Shown: positions 50,051-59,527 of the stretch, piece after piece
Layout: every line of letters starts with the position of its first letter
Position numbering within the stretch: position 1 is the stretch's first letter
NCBI GenBank assembly: GCA_024231025.1
Contig: JAAEQW010000274.1
Location: forward strand, 1,615 to 65,614
DNA: 64,000 nt
DNA from: Candidatus Omnitrophota bacterium
GTDB lineage: Bacteria; Omnitrophota; Gorgyraeia; Duberdicusellales; 4484-171
Direction: 5' to 3'
The notes under the pieces: generated by a model
Database searches by the model: none
Told to the model about the DNA's origin: nothing
What the model saw: the letters and a program-made list of their open reading frames with translations, nothing else
Position numbers and translations under genes: made by a program

Positions 50051-51006
50051 TTGCTCCTTTTAATTCTTCTGAAACCTGAGCACTCGTGCACTTTAATCTT
50101 CTCTTTGCCAATTATGCTATCTAATATCAGGTTAATACCCAAATTATCTGAAGCAATATGTGAAGCAAAAATTACATTTATATTTGCTTGCTTGCATTTT
50201 TTGTAGTGCTCCTCGGATTGATGCATTGCGACAATTGTGTCAATACCAGATGCAGCAAACTTTTCGTATATTCCCTGCGGCCCTTCGGTTCCTCCAGTAA
50301 ACTCAAAAAGAATATTACTTGCTTTTGAGTTTTCACTTCCGATAGCAATTTTTGGAGCATTGTTGTTTTTTGCAGCATCGACGTACTCTCCGATGCTATA
50401 AAAAAGATTCATAATTGCGCCAATTGTTTTTGGCTTGCTTTTTTCTACCAATTTTGTCATATGCTGATAAGCACAATTATCAGCGGGAGTGTGCAGACAC
50501 ATGTAATTAATTTTTAGGAGCTTTGCGATGTCTACTCCTCTTTGATGATTCGCCGCGTGCACACGTCTGGCTACCTGCTCTTTGCGCGCTCCTAATAGGT
50601 TTTCGGCAGCGCTAATGCTGATGCCATACTTAACGAAGGCATCCACTTGCAAATCCATAACATTATGAAATCCTGCAAAAGCCTTACCTTCAGGGTGATG
50701 AGCAACAGCCAAATCAATGCTTACCCCTTTATCCTTTAGTCTATCTACCGCTAAAAGTTCGGGACCTTCAACATCAACGCCAACAATAATTGACTTAATG
50801 TCAACATCGGGATCGCCATTAAGAATGCGTGTATCTGCAAAAGGATTAAATAAAGAATCCTCATCAAAGAACCGTTTATCTTTTTCGTTAAGCTTGTTGT
50901 ATGCCTTTTTTTTCTCTTTTAGAAGGCTTTCGATATCTGTCTTACTGCGAATATCCGCCTCAACACCTTTTTGTATCGCTTTCTGATAAAAAGTCTTTAA
51001 CTTCAT
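50047..51006 (-). CDS. NIF3-like metal-binding protein
   Basis: VAHHPEG, HTPADN and HIASDNLG. Confidence 0.8.
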   Translation of the reverse strand: MKLKTFYQKAIQKGVEADIRSKTDIESLLKEKKKAYNKLNEKDKRFFDEDSLFNPFADTRILNGDPDVDIKSIIVGVDVEGPELLAVDRLKDKGVSIDLAVAHHPEGKAFAGFHNVMDLQVDAFVKYGISISAAENLLGARKEQVARRVHAANHQRGVDIAKLLKINYMCLHTPADNCAYQHMTKLVEKSKPKTIGAIMNLFYSIGEYVDAAKNNNAPKIAIGSENSKASNILFEFTGGTEGPQGIYEKFAASGIDTIVAMHQSEEHYKKCKQANINVIFASHIASDNLGINLILDSIIGKEKIKVHECSGFRRIKRSK

Positions 51007-51309
51007 ACTTTTATCTCTCCTCCTTTCTAAAAAAACTGCATAAATAAAAGAATGCTTTTATACAACCTATTACGCCTCAGTGGATTATACGGAAATACTC
51101 TTTGCGAATTCTTTTGGAACTATTCTTCATAGCCAATATTAATTAGATATAACATATTAAACAGCAAATGTCAAGAAAGCGCTTACATTTTATTAAATAC
51201 GCTGCATCAATGAGTTATAGCGGTTAAAAACGTGTGTTTTTGTTGATTTTGGGCCTTCTTTATGATAACTTAATTACACAAGCACTTTTACCTATTATAT
51301 ATAAAGACT

Positions 51310-52434
51310 ATGAGTTTTAAATTCACTACCGCCCTCAGTTTAAAAAGCGGCGAACAAGCTGCTAAAGAGATCTCTCTCAAAATAAAATCTGTTTTCCCTA
51401 AGGAAGCAAAATATGTAATTATCTTAGCTACCCCGCATTACCAGCCTCTCACCACCTTAAAGATATTAGATTTCACTCTCAAGCCAAAAAAATTAATGGG
51501 CCTACAGGCCCCTCTTTTGATTTTTGAAAGCGCAATTGTCAAAAAAGGCATGATCGGTTTATGCTTTGATCAAGAAGACGCAATCGTTAAGGATCTTCTC
51601 ACGCAAGATGTTTCAAGCCAAAGCATCGAATCGCTACTACGCTTAAAATCTAAGGATCTTAACGGGCCGCATCAATTTCTTTTTTCTTGTCTGCCGCCAG
51701 AAGTAAATTATTCGGACTACTTAAGGGGTGTTGAGCTTTCCTTAGGTAAAGCGTATAACGTATTCGGTGCCGGATTTATGAAAAAATATGCTTCTCGTCA
51801 ATTTCATATCACTAATGGCTCTGTTGACCAGGGGCTCTTTAACATAGCTGGAACCGATATTAAAATAGACACTCTAAACATTGGCGGCTATCTTCCGTTG
51901 GGAAGGCCTTTTGTAATTACTAAAGTCGTAAGCGATAAAGGGCTGATTATGGAGATAAATAATCGTCCCGCGATGGACATATATAAAAAATACTTTGAAG
52001 AAAAATTTGATGATTTAAAAAATCGAAACTTCTTTCCACTTTATCCTTTAGGCGTAAAAGAAAACGGAAATTATCGCATGATCAGCATTCTTAATTATCT
52101 CGAAGACGGCTCATTAATATGCCTCGGTGACGTAAAAGAAAATACACAAGCTCATTTTATGCTCTTGCATCAGCCCACACTATTTGAAACGATAGGCGAT
52201 GCGCTCAAACCAATAAGAAAAAATGGTGAGGGTCTAATATTTATGATAAACTCTATGTTGAGAAAGAAAATCCTTATGGATGGCGCAAGCGAAGAAGTGT
52301 ATCAGGTGAAACATCATTTAGGTGAAAAATTCAAAATAATCGGAATGTTTGCTGATTATATCATCTTTCCAAACAGAGAAAAAAGGGAAATTGGCATGGA
52401 TACCGGTAGTCTTTTAGTAACTTCCTGGAGGTAA
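51310..52434 (+). CDS. FIST-domain sensor protein
   Basis: GYLPLGRPFVITK..IMEINNRPA.D.Y and YPLG FIST_C pattern. Confidence 0.82.
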   Translation: MSFKFTTALSLKSGEQAAKEISLKIKSVFPKEAKYVIILATPHYQPLTTLKILDFTLKPKKLMGLQAPLLIFESAIVKKGMIGLCFDQEDAIVKDLLTQDVSSQSIESLLRLKSKDLNGPHQFLFSCLPPEVNYSDYLRGVELSLGKAYNVFGAGFMKKYASRQFHITNGSVDQGLFNIAGTDIKIDTLNIGGYLPLGRPFVITKVVSDKGLIMEINNRPAMDIYKKYFEEKFDDLKNRNFFPLYPLGVKENGNYRMISILNYLEDGSLICLGDVKENTQAHFMLLHQPTLFETIGDALKPIRKNGEGLIFMINSMLRKKILMDGASEEVYQVKHHLGEKFKIIGMFADYIIFPNREKREIGMDTGSLLVTSWR

Positions 52435-52442
52435 CTTAGTTT

Positions 52443-53900
52443 ATGGCTGGCGCAAACCCATTAGTTGCGGTTTTGTTCTTTTTTGTTGCAGTTATCGTTG
52501 TGCTTGTGTTTTACCTCTTTAGCAAGCTACAAACACTTTCAATACTGAAAAATACGATTACTCACTTAGAAAAAACCGTCACCGAGCTGGATCATCAAGC
52601 AAAATTAATCATCAAGGGCGATATGGAATTAAAGGTTTACCAGGAAGAGGTAGAAGACAAGATAGAAAAGCTAACCTTCCTTAAAAACCTGATTTTGTCT
52701 TCGGTACACATTCTTGACCGAGAGGACCTTTTCTGCCAGATTAATGACAAAATCATAAGCGACCTCGGATTTAAAAAAGGTATTCTTTTTGATTTTAGTA
52801 GCCTGGAACAAAAGGTCAATGTTGACTGCAGCAGTGAAGAAGTAAATACAATCAAAGATTTTCTTTTGCGCAAAAAACAAGCAATTACAACAAACCACCT
52901 TCTTTCTCGCGATTCAGAAATCTGCACAAAATTAGTATATGAATTAGGTTATGACGATTTTCTTATTGCCTCAATAAAGGCGCGCGAAAATGTTCACGCA
53001 ATATTCTTTCTAGCTAATACTGTTTTACCAGGAAATATTCGTATCGCCGAAAAAGAAATATTCTCAATTCTCTGCATGTATCTCGGCCAATGCTTAGACA
53101 ACATAACTCTTTTTGAGGATTTATATTTGGCTAAAGATGATCTTGAGAAAAAAATTCGCAGACGCACAGGCGAACTAGTTAAAAGCTTAAATGAAATTGA
53201 AATAATAAGTAAAACTAAATCTGATTTTATATCCAGCGTTTCACACGAATTGCGCACACCACTAACTTCGGTTAAAGGTTTTTCTTCTCTGTTAATAGCA
53301 GAAAAATTTGGAAAGCTCCCCGCAGAAGCTAAAACCCGCCTGGAAAAAATAGACATAAACGTAAATAAGCTCGTTGATATGGTAAATATGCTCTTGGATA
53401 TATCTCGCATAGAGTCAGGAAAAACGGAAGTAAAAATTGCCCCAGCAGATATTGTAAAATTAATCAAAGATATTTGTGATTTTCTATCTCCGCAAATACA
53501 GGCTAAAGAAATTACTCTTTCAACGGATACTCCAGAAAATTTAAGTGTATATATGGATAAAGGATTAATCGAACGCGTCTTGATTAATCTAATAAATAAT
53601 GCTTTAAAGTTTACACCTCAGGGAGGAAAAATTATAATTAGCTGTAAAAAAGAGGCAAAACAAGCAACGGTGTCGATTATTGATAACGGCTGCGGTATTC
53701 CAAAAAATGATATTGAAAAAATATTTGGAGAATTTTATAGGACCCAATTAACCAAAAACATTCAAGGAACAGGTCTTGGACTTTCTTTAGTAAAACGCAT
53801 TATTGACACACACAAAGAAAAAATATGGGTAGAATCTGAAATAGACAAAGGGGCCTCTTTTAATTTTACACTGAAACTGGAAGAGGCTAAGAATGTATAG
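52443..53900 (+). CDS. Membrane-anchored sensor histidine kinase (GAF-like, HisKA, HATPase)
   Basis: VSHELRTPLT, NLINNALKFT and GTGLGL. Confidence 0.93.
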   Translation: MAGANPLVAVLFFFVAVIVVLVFYLFSKLQTLSILKNTITHLEKTVTELDHQAKLIIKGDMELKVYQEEVEDKIEKLTFLKNLILSSVHILDREDLFCQINDKIISDLGFKKGILFDFSSLEQKVNVDCSSEEVNTIKDFLLRKKQAITTNHLLSRDSEICTKLVYELGYDDFLIASIKARENVHAIFFLANTVLPGNIRIAEKEIFSILCMYLGQCLDNITLFEDLYLAKDDLEKKIRRRTGELVKSLNEIEIISKTKSDFISSVSHELRTPLTSVKGFSSLLIAEKFGKLPAEAKTRLEKIDINVNKLVDMVNMLLDISRIESGKTEVKIAPADIVKLIKDICDFLSPQIQAKEITLSTDTPENLSVYMDKGLIERVLINLINNALKFTPQGGKIIISCKKEAKQATVSIIDNGCGIPKNDIEKIFGEFYRTQLTKNIQGTGLGLSLVKRIIDTHKEKIWVESEIDKGASFNFTLKLEEAKNV

Positions 53901-54822
53901 TTTAAAAATTTTAAGCGTTGATGACGACCCCGACATTTTAGATGTTATTTTAGCCACACTGGAAGGAGACTACCAGGTAGTGCAAGCATTAAACGGCAAA
54001 GACGCGATAGAAACCGCGAAAAAAGAATCTCCCGACCTATTAATTTTAGATTACAATCTTCCTGACATGCAAGGACCGGATATTTGCGCAATTTTAAGAA
54101 AAGATCCTCTTTTTCTAAACACCCCAATTTTAATGTTAACCGGTAAAGGTGAGATAGAAGACAAAGTAAAAGGGTTAGAAGCCGGCGTTGATGATTATAT
54201 GGTAAAACCTTTCGAACCGCAAGAATTGGTAGCTCGAGTGCGCATGCTAATCCGCCGCTCAACTATAAATTTAGATGCAAACCCATTAACTAGGCTGCCA
54301 GGAAACGTTTCAATCACCCGAGAGCTGGAAGATAAAATAAAGAATGAACGCGCATTTGCCGTTTTATACAATGACCTAGATAACTTCAAAGCCTTAAATG
54401 ATTACTATGGGTTTGATGCCGGCGATCACATTATTAAGGAAACTGCCCGAATTTTAGTTGCCGCAACCCAAGAAAAAGGCACCGTAAAAGACTTTGTTGG
54501 CCACATCGGCGGAGATGATTTTGTGATTATAACAAAGCCAGAAAATGCTGAAGGGCTTGCCAAGAAAATTATTGCTGATTTTGACAAACTTGCCCCAAAT
54601 CTTTTTGACGAAAAAGACAGAGTAAAAGGTTTTATCGAAACTAAGGGCCGCGATGGGTTAATTCATAAATTTGGCTTTCCCACAATTTCGATTGGGATCA
54701 TTACCACCGATACCCGTGAATTTACTCATGTGGCTGAAGTTAGTTCGGTTGGAGCCGAACTTAAAAAGCTCGCCAAAAAATTTGAAGAAAGCAAATATGT
54801 AGTTGACCGCCGAAATATCTGA
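53893..54822 (+). CDS. Response regulator diguanylate cyclase (REC-GGDEF)
   Basis: REC domain, NPLTRLPG, DLDNFKALND and HIGGDDF. Confidence 0.92.
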   Translation: MYSLKILSVDDDPDILDVILATLEGDYQVVQALNGKDAIETAKKESPDLLILDYNLPDMQGPDICAILRKDPLFLNTPILMLTGKGEIEDKVKGLEAGVDDYMVKPFEPQELVARVRMLIRRSTINLDANPLTRLPGNVSITRELEDKIKNERAFAVLYNDLDNFKALNDYYGFDAGDHIIKETARILVAATQEKGTVKDFVGHIGGDDFVIITKPENAEGLAKKIIADFDKLAPNLFDEKDRVKGFIETKGRDGLIHKFGFPTISIGIITTDTREFTHVAEVSSVGAELKKLAKKFEESKYVVDRRNI

Positions 54823-54824
54823 AT

Positions 54825-54899
54825 AAACCAAAGATAATAGACCAAAGACTATAGACCATAGACCAAAGACTATAGACCATAGACCAAAGACCAGAGACT
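54825..54899 (+). repeat. Heptamer tandem repeat (~10.7 units)
   Basis: AGACCAA/AGACTAT/AGACCAT units between convergent genes. Confidence 0.9.
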
Positions 54900-54970
54900 C
54901 CCGCCAGAGACGGGACAGGCACCGATCAAAGGCCAAGAGATTGGTAGTCTTTTCCGCAAAGTTTTGCGTT

Positions 54971-57900
54971 TTAGTACGGTTTACTTTTGCGGCGGATGCG
55001 TGTGATTTCAAGACGAAAGCCAGTGATCGCAGCAGGATCAATATCAATGAATTCCTGCGCAACAACGGGGACATGTACCGCCTGCCTGCCGGACGGGCAG
55101 GGAAGCCCCGACAAAGTCGGGGATCGGTGCGCGTCCCCGGAAGACACAAAAGAACCGGAGCGTTCTTCATCTATTTCAATCATTTCAGAATTAAGATCAA
55201 TGCCGCCAGAAATGATAGTTTTAGATGAGGCACCGGCATTTTGATTTCTGGCGACTCGTGCCGATACAGCTGAAGACAATTCTTCTTTTACATGAGAATA
55301 GAACATCTCCTCGTATCTACCCCATTCATTCTTTTTGTGATTTTCATATTCATCAACTATTTCTAAAAGTTGCTCAACACTCATCTGCTCAATCACCCAT
55401 GCATGATACAGGGTAAGCTGCGTTTCATTTTGGCTGAAATATTTTTTCTGACGCTGGGCCGCAACATGATGGGGTTGCCCCTCGATGCGTTCGGTGTATT
55501 CATGATCAATTACCTCACCCAAAGCAAAGAATGTAAAATTGTCTTGATTAATATAATTTGAATTAAGAATTATTGATAAAGTGCCGTCGATTTCTTTTCT
55601 GCCGGCAGCGTCCATAGTCTCAGGTAGATGATCGGATAAATACACATTGATCTTTTGCTTATCAAGCTTATCGGCATCTTCCATTCCTACCAAAGGGGAT
55701 TTTAGAAATTTAACAAGCTCATTCTTATCAAATGACAATTCTCGCTCAGGATTAATCAAAGCATTAAATTGATCATCGGTAAATTTTGGTTTGGCTACAT
55801 CACCAACCCTGCGGCTAGGGCGTTTAAGGGCAACCGGAAAATTCTTTACTTTGCCTTCATCTTCTAACTTGACGACATCGATAACCGGCACATTAAGATG
55901 AAAAATATCACTTTTTTTAATACCTTCTGAAGGCTGCTCACCCAAGGGGATCGGCTGTGCCCGACCTCTTTGTTTTTTCCGTTTTTTGTTCCGATGTTTA
56001 TTTTTTTCTTGCGATCTCTTTCTTTTGGTGTTATTAGCTCCTTCTTTCACCCCTATTTCTTGTTTAAGTCTTTTATACCGTTTGGAATTTACCGGTAAAA
56101 ATATTATGACATCTTCATATCTAACAACACCCTTAACTTCCTCTACCGCCCGAACATCCTCAAGCGTAAGTTCTTTATTGCCGGAACTAGCAACTTTTTT
56201 CTTCACCACCAATGAAAATGCCTTTTCAAAAATTGTAATATAGGAAAAAGAATCTCTACTGGAAGTTACAACTATAGTAGGAAAATCTTTAATGCTTCCT
56301 TCTTCTAAAGCGTCAAAAAGATAATTTACTAATTTAACAGCGAAGTTCGCTGAATAACAAGCTCCGATAATTATTACTAAGTCTGATAAAGTGCCGACTT
56401 TAGCTGCCCGCTTCATCAAAGCCTCACCGTACTCTTGATAGCTAATTGCCCAAGGGTGCTCCATTTTGTCACTTACTTCTCTTCCTAGCTTCCCACCTCT
56501 CAACCACAAATGCTCTGGGCCGCCATGCTTATGATGCCAAAGTACGTTATTTTTATCATTAATAGGTATGTTAGGCACTGTCTTCTCAAGAAATTTAATT
56601 TTATCTTCGACGCCTTCAAACCGATTTTCTTGATCAATGGTAACGCCTAAAGGCTTTACTATATCTTCTAACTGCTCGCCAGTAAAATCTTTATCAACAT
56701 GAGTATACGCATACACCGAAGATCCTTTCTGAATAAGCGCTCTTCGTTTGTTCGCTTCATCAAAAGTCTCAACTATAAAAAATAGTGCTTTCTCAATCGC
56801 TATCGCTTGTCGCAAATTGTAATTATCCTCTGTGGAAAGTTGGATATCAAAACGTTCCAAAAGAAGCACAACTGACTTAGCCAAAGAAAACTGATTGGCA
56901 TATTTTTTACTAAATGCTAAAGGGAGCGTTTTCGCAATAAAAGCACTATTAAGATATACTGCCCTTACTTCATCAATTGAAAAATTACCTCTACCAATTT
57001 CTGATGATCGCCAAAAAATATTCTGCCAAAAAGGATCAAGAGTACTCGTAACCTCTTCCATTTGCTCATAATTTAACTTCATCGCAATTACATATAAAAC
57101 TCTACTCGCAGCCTCACGAAGTTCCTTATTCTCAGACTCTAGTGCCCTAAAAAGCTTCTCAAACAAAGTATCACCAATTAAGCGAAATCCACTTGATATG
57201 TTTCCATGGTTGGTTTTTCCTTGCAAAGATTTTAGAAAAGGAGGCACAAGAACATCCCTAAGATATTCAATATCACGTAAATGCGCACCGGACATAACTT
57301 CTATTACTAATTTTGCTGTTTTTTGATTCAACTCCTTATTTTCTGAAGCTAAAGTTTCAATAAAAATCTTAAAAACTTCAACAGTCAATATTGATCCCAT
57401 TTCAGTTAACCTCATTCGGGATCGATCCCTATTTTTCTTCTTGTTATCCTCTAGGCTATCAATAAGTGCTAATGCGGCTTTTTGACGCATGGATTTAAAA
57501 GTTGTGCTATCTGTAACTGGTTTTTTAAACATATTACCTAAACCCTCAATAGCCATAAATCGCATTTTGCTATCATTATGCTTTAAGGTCTTCATAGCAC
57601 TAGAGAAAACGTCTTCTGCTATCGTGGTGGATAAATCCTCGTAAATATCAGCGAATATATGTCCTAGACCAATTGTGGCAAACGAATTGCCTTGATTAAT
57701 TGCTGTAATTAACATTGGAATAAGTTTTTGCTCAATAACCCTAGCTTTTACTTGCGTAGAACACAGCCCTTCCATAGCCATCGCAGCAACATCTCTTACA
57801 TATTCTTCTTTAGCCAGCAGACCATGCAGCCCTATAGCAACAACAATTTCGGTTCTACGGTTTTTGTTTTTTTCCCCTTTAAGAACTTTTGCGATTTTCG

Positions 57901-59527
57901 ATAGCTCTTTGGATAATCTTGAAAGAACATCAAAATCTTGATCATTACGCAACAGTTGTAAAAAGTCGTCGAGAAATCCTTTTGCAGCAGGATTAATCCA
58001 AACTGATGCAGAGATTGCCGCGCTACGAACTTCGCCATCTTGCGAAGAATCTTTCGCTATTCTAAGCAATTCTTTGGTTAATTTTTTCTTTAAAGTAAAA
58101 CCAACATTCTTTGCTAAAAGACCTAAATTATCTATAACCACCTGGCGAAAACCCGCCGGCTCAGAAGTGCTATTTGCTATGGCTCTCAAACCCTCAATGA
58201 GATTAGTCATTTCTTTTAATATTTTTTTTGCCTCAAGGCTATTCTTATTAGATTCGCTTTGATAAGCCTGAATCATTATTTTTTTTGCCATATAAAGCGC
58301 TCTAAGGCGAATTTTTGGATTTTGAATTGGTTCTTGGGCGATATCACCTAAAGACTGCGCAACTTCTTTCAACGCACCCCAAGATTCTCCATCAATAATC
58401 TCTCGTAATAATTTCGCAACCATTTCACGAAAAGCAACTTCCTGAGAATCGCTAGATAACTCTTGCATAATTGAAAGAAATACATCAATCACTTCTAACT
58501 TACGCGATAAGGAAAACCTATAAACATCTTTAAGAAATGTTTTATCAAAAATAATTGCTGCAATTTCACGAATAACAGGATCTAAAGACGAATCGTTAAG
58601 CAAAGGCAGCAAATCTAAAATTGCTTTTTCTTTTCTTGAACGTTTTTGATTCTTGATCAATTCACCCCAAGAAGCTAAGGCCTCGGCACGAATAACTGGC
58701 TTTGCGCCTTCGTCACAGACAACATTATAAAGTACAGAAATAAGTTCTTGTCTGCGCTTGAAACCAATTTTGCTTTTTAGAGAAGAAAAAGTTATTCGCA
58801 AAGCAAGAACACCAAACGCCTCAACAGATGAACTTTGCAATTGCCCTTTTACTACCTCAATAAGATCGTTGAAAACATTCTGCTGTGCGTCTAGCTCCAT
58901 ATCTTTCAGTATTTTCTCTAGTGTTGGTCCAAAGAAATCAGCAATGGACCAAAAAGCAGAATTACGCTTTAATTCAACTATAAAAAAGGAAACTAGTCTT
59001 TCTTTAAATTCATTTGAAAATTTATCGACCCCTGAATCCAAAATATCAAGCAATGCCGCGCTGATATCCCTTCTTATAATTTGAATCGACGTAGAAATGC
59101 CCGGATTTTTTAGCGACTCCTCTAGCGAACCTAAAAGAACAATGGCTATCCGCTCTCTAGTAGCTAAATCTACTTTTGCTCGTAAAATCATTAAAGAATC
59201 TGTAGCCGCCGTGATAAGAACTTGAGATTGAGGATAGTCTTTTATTATGCTAAGAAAAAGATCAACGATCTCCTTTGACGGTGAAATAACAATCTCGCTC
59301 AAAAGCTTCATGGCTTTTACCCGTTGATCCAAACTTGAAAAAATATCATCTTTTACTATTCCGATAAGAACTGGAGTAATTTCTTTGGCAAGATCTTCAT
59401 CAACTTGGGCAGGATTAAGATCTAACACATCCTCTCTTAAGGTAACTTCTTCTTCAGGCGCAAAACGCTCAACGGCTTGCGAATTAGAGAGTTCTTTCAA
59501 GCTTGAGGCGCAACCAAACACCATCAC
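54971..59527 (-). CDS. Giant modular protein paralog 2, C-terminal part: HEAT-like repeats, caspase-like (clan CD) domain, HExxE segment, GGIDL tail
   Basis: Helical repeats (VIRAEALA, IREIAA, VRSAAI); KHGG...IIIGACYS; DHEYTE; ISGGIDLN. Confidence 0.8.
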   Translation of the reverse strand: MMVFGCASSLKELSNSQAVERFAPEEEVTLREDVLDLNPAQVDEDLAKEITPVLIGIVKDDIFSSLDQRVKAMKLLSEIVISPSKEIVDLFLSIIKDYPQSQVLITAATDSLMILRAKVDLATRERIAIVLLGSLEESLKNPGISTSIQIIRRDISAALLDILDSGVDKFSNEFKERLVSFFIVELKRNSAFWSIADFFGPTLEKILKDMELDAQQNVFNDLIEVVKGQLQSSSVEAFGVLALRITFSSLKSKIGFKRRQELISVLYNVVCDEGAKPVIRAEALASWGELIKNQKRSRKEKAILDLLPLLNDSSLDPVIREIAAIIFDKTFLKDVYRFSLSRKLEVIDVFLSIMQELSSDSQEVAFREMVAKLLREIIDGESWGALKEVAQSLGDIAQEPIQNPKIRLRALYMAKKIMIQAYQSESNKNSLEAKKILKEMTNLIEGLRAIANSTSEPAGFRQVVIDNLGLLAKNVGFTLKKKLTKELLRIAKDSSQDGEVRSAAISASVWINPAAKGFLDDFLQLLRNDQDFDVLSRLSKELSKIAKVLKGEKNKNRRTEIVVAIGLHGLLAKEEYVRDVAAMAMEGLCSTQVKARVIEQKLIPMLITAINQGNSFATIGLGHIFADIYEDLSTTIAEDVFSSAMKTLKHNDSKMRFMAIEGLGNMFKKPVTDSTTFKSMRQKAALALIDSLEDNKKKNRDRSRMRLTEMGSILTVEVFKIFIETLASENKELNQKTAKLVIEVMSGAHLRDIEYLRDVLVPPFLKSLQGKTNHGNISSGFRLIGDTLFEKLFRALESENKELREAASRVLYVIAMKLNYEQMEEVTSTLDPFWQNIFWRSSEIGRGNFSIDEVRAVYLNSAFIAKTLPLAFSKKYANQFSLAKSVVLLLERFDIQLSTEDNYNLRQAIAIEKALFFIVETFDEANKRRALIQKGSSVYAYTHVDKDFTGEQLEDIVKPLGVTIDQENRFEGVEDKIKFLEKTVPNIPINDKNNVLWHHKHGGPEHLWLRGGKLGREVSDKMEHPWAISYQEYGEALMKRAAKVGTLSDLVIIIGACYSANFAVKLVNYLFDALEEGSIKDFPTIVVTSSRDSFSYITIFEKAFSLVVKKKVASSGNKELTLEDVRAVEEVKGVVRYEDVIIFLPVNSKRYKRLKQEIGVKEGANNTKRKRSQEKNKHRNKKRKKQRGRAQPIPLGEQPSEGIKKSDIFHLNVPVIDVVKLEDEGKVKNFPVALKRPSRRVGDVAKPKFTDDQFNALINPERELSFDKNELVKFLKSPLVGMEDADKLDKQKINVYLSDHLPETMDAAGRKEIDGTLSIILNSNYINQDNFTFFALGEVIDHEYTERIEGQPHHVAAQRQKKYFSQNETQLTLYHAWVIEQMSVEQLLEIVDEYENHKKNEWGRYEEMFYSHVKEELSSAVSARVARNQNAGASSKTIISGGIDLNSEMIEIDEERSGSFVSSGDAHRSPTLSGLPCPSGRQAVHVPVVAQEFIDIDPAAITGFRLEITRIRRKSKPY
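55066..55139. repeat. GGGGACA-type palindromic element with nested hairpins, translated inside giant gene 2
   Basis: CGGGGACATGTACCG...CGGTGCGCGTCCCCG enclosing CCTGCCTGCCGGACGGGCAGG and CCCCGACAAAGTCGGGG. Confidence 0.85.

Noticed and set aside
54825-54899. Possible CRISPR array
   Set aside because: Contiguous 7-nt units without spacers; no cas genes in the window.
54658-55244. ORFs 54658..55170, 54941..55228 and 54987..55244
   Set aside because: They are translations of the heptamer array and palindromes, overlapping real genes.
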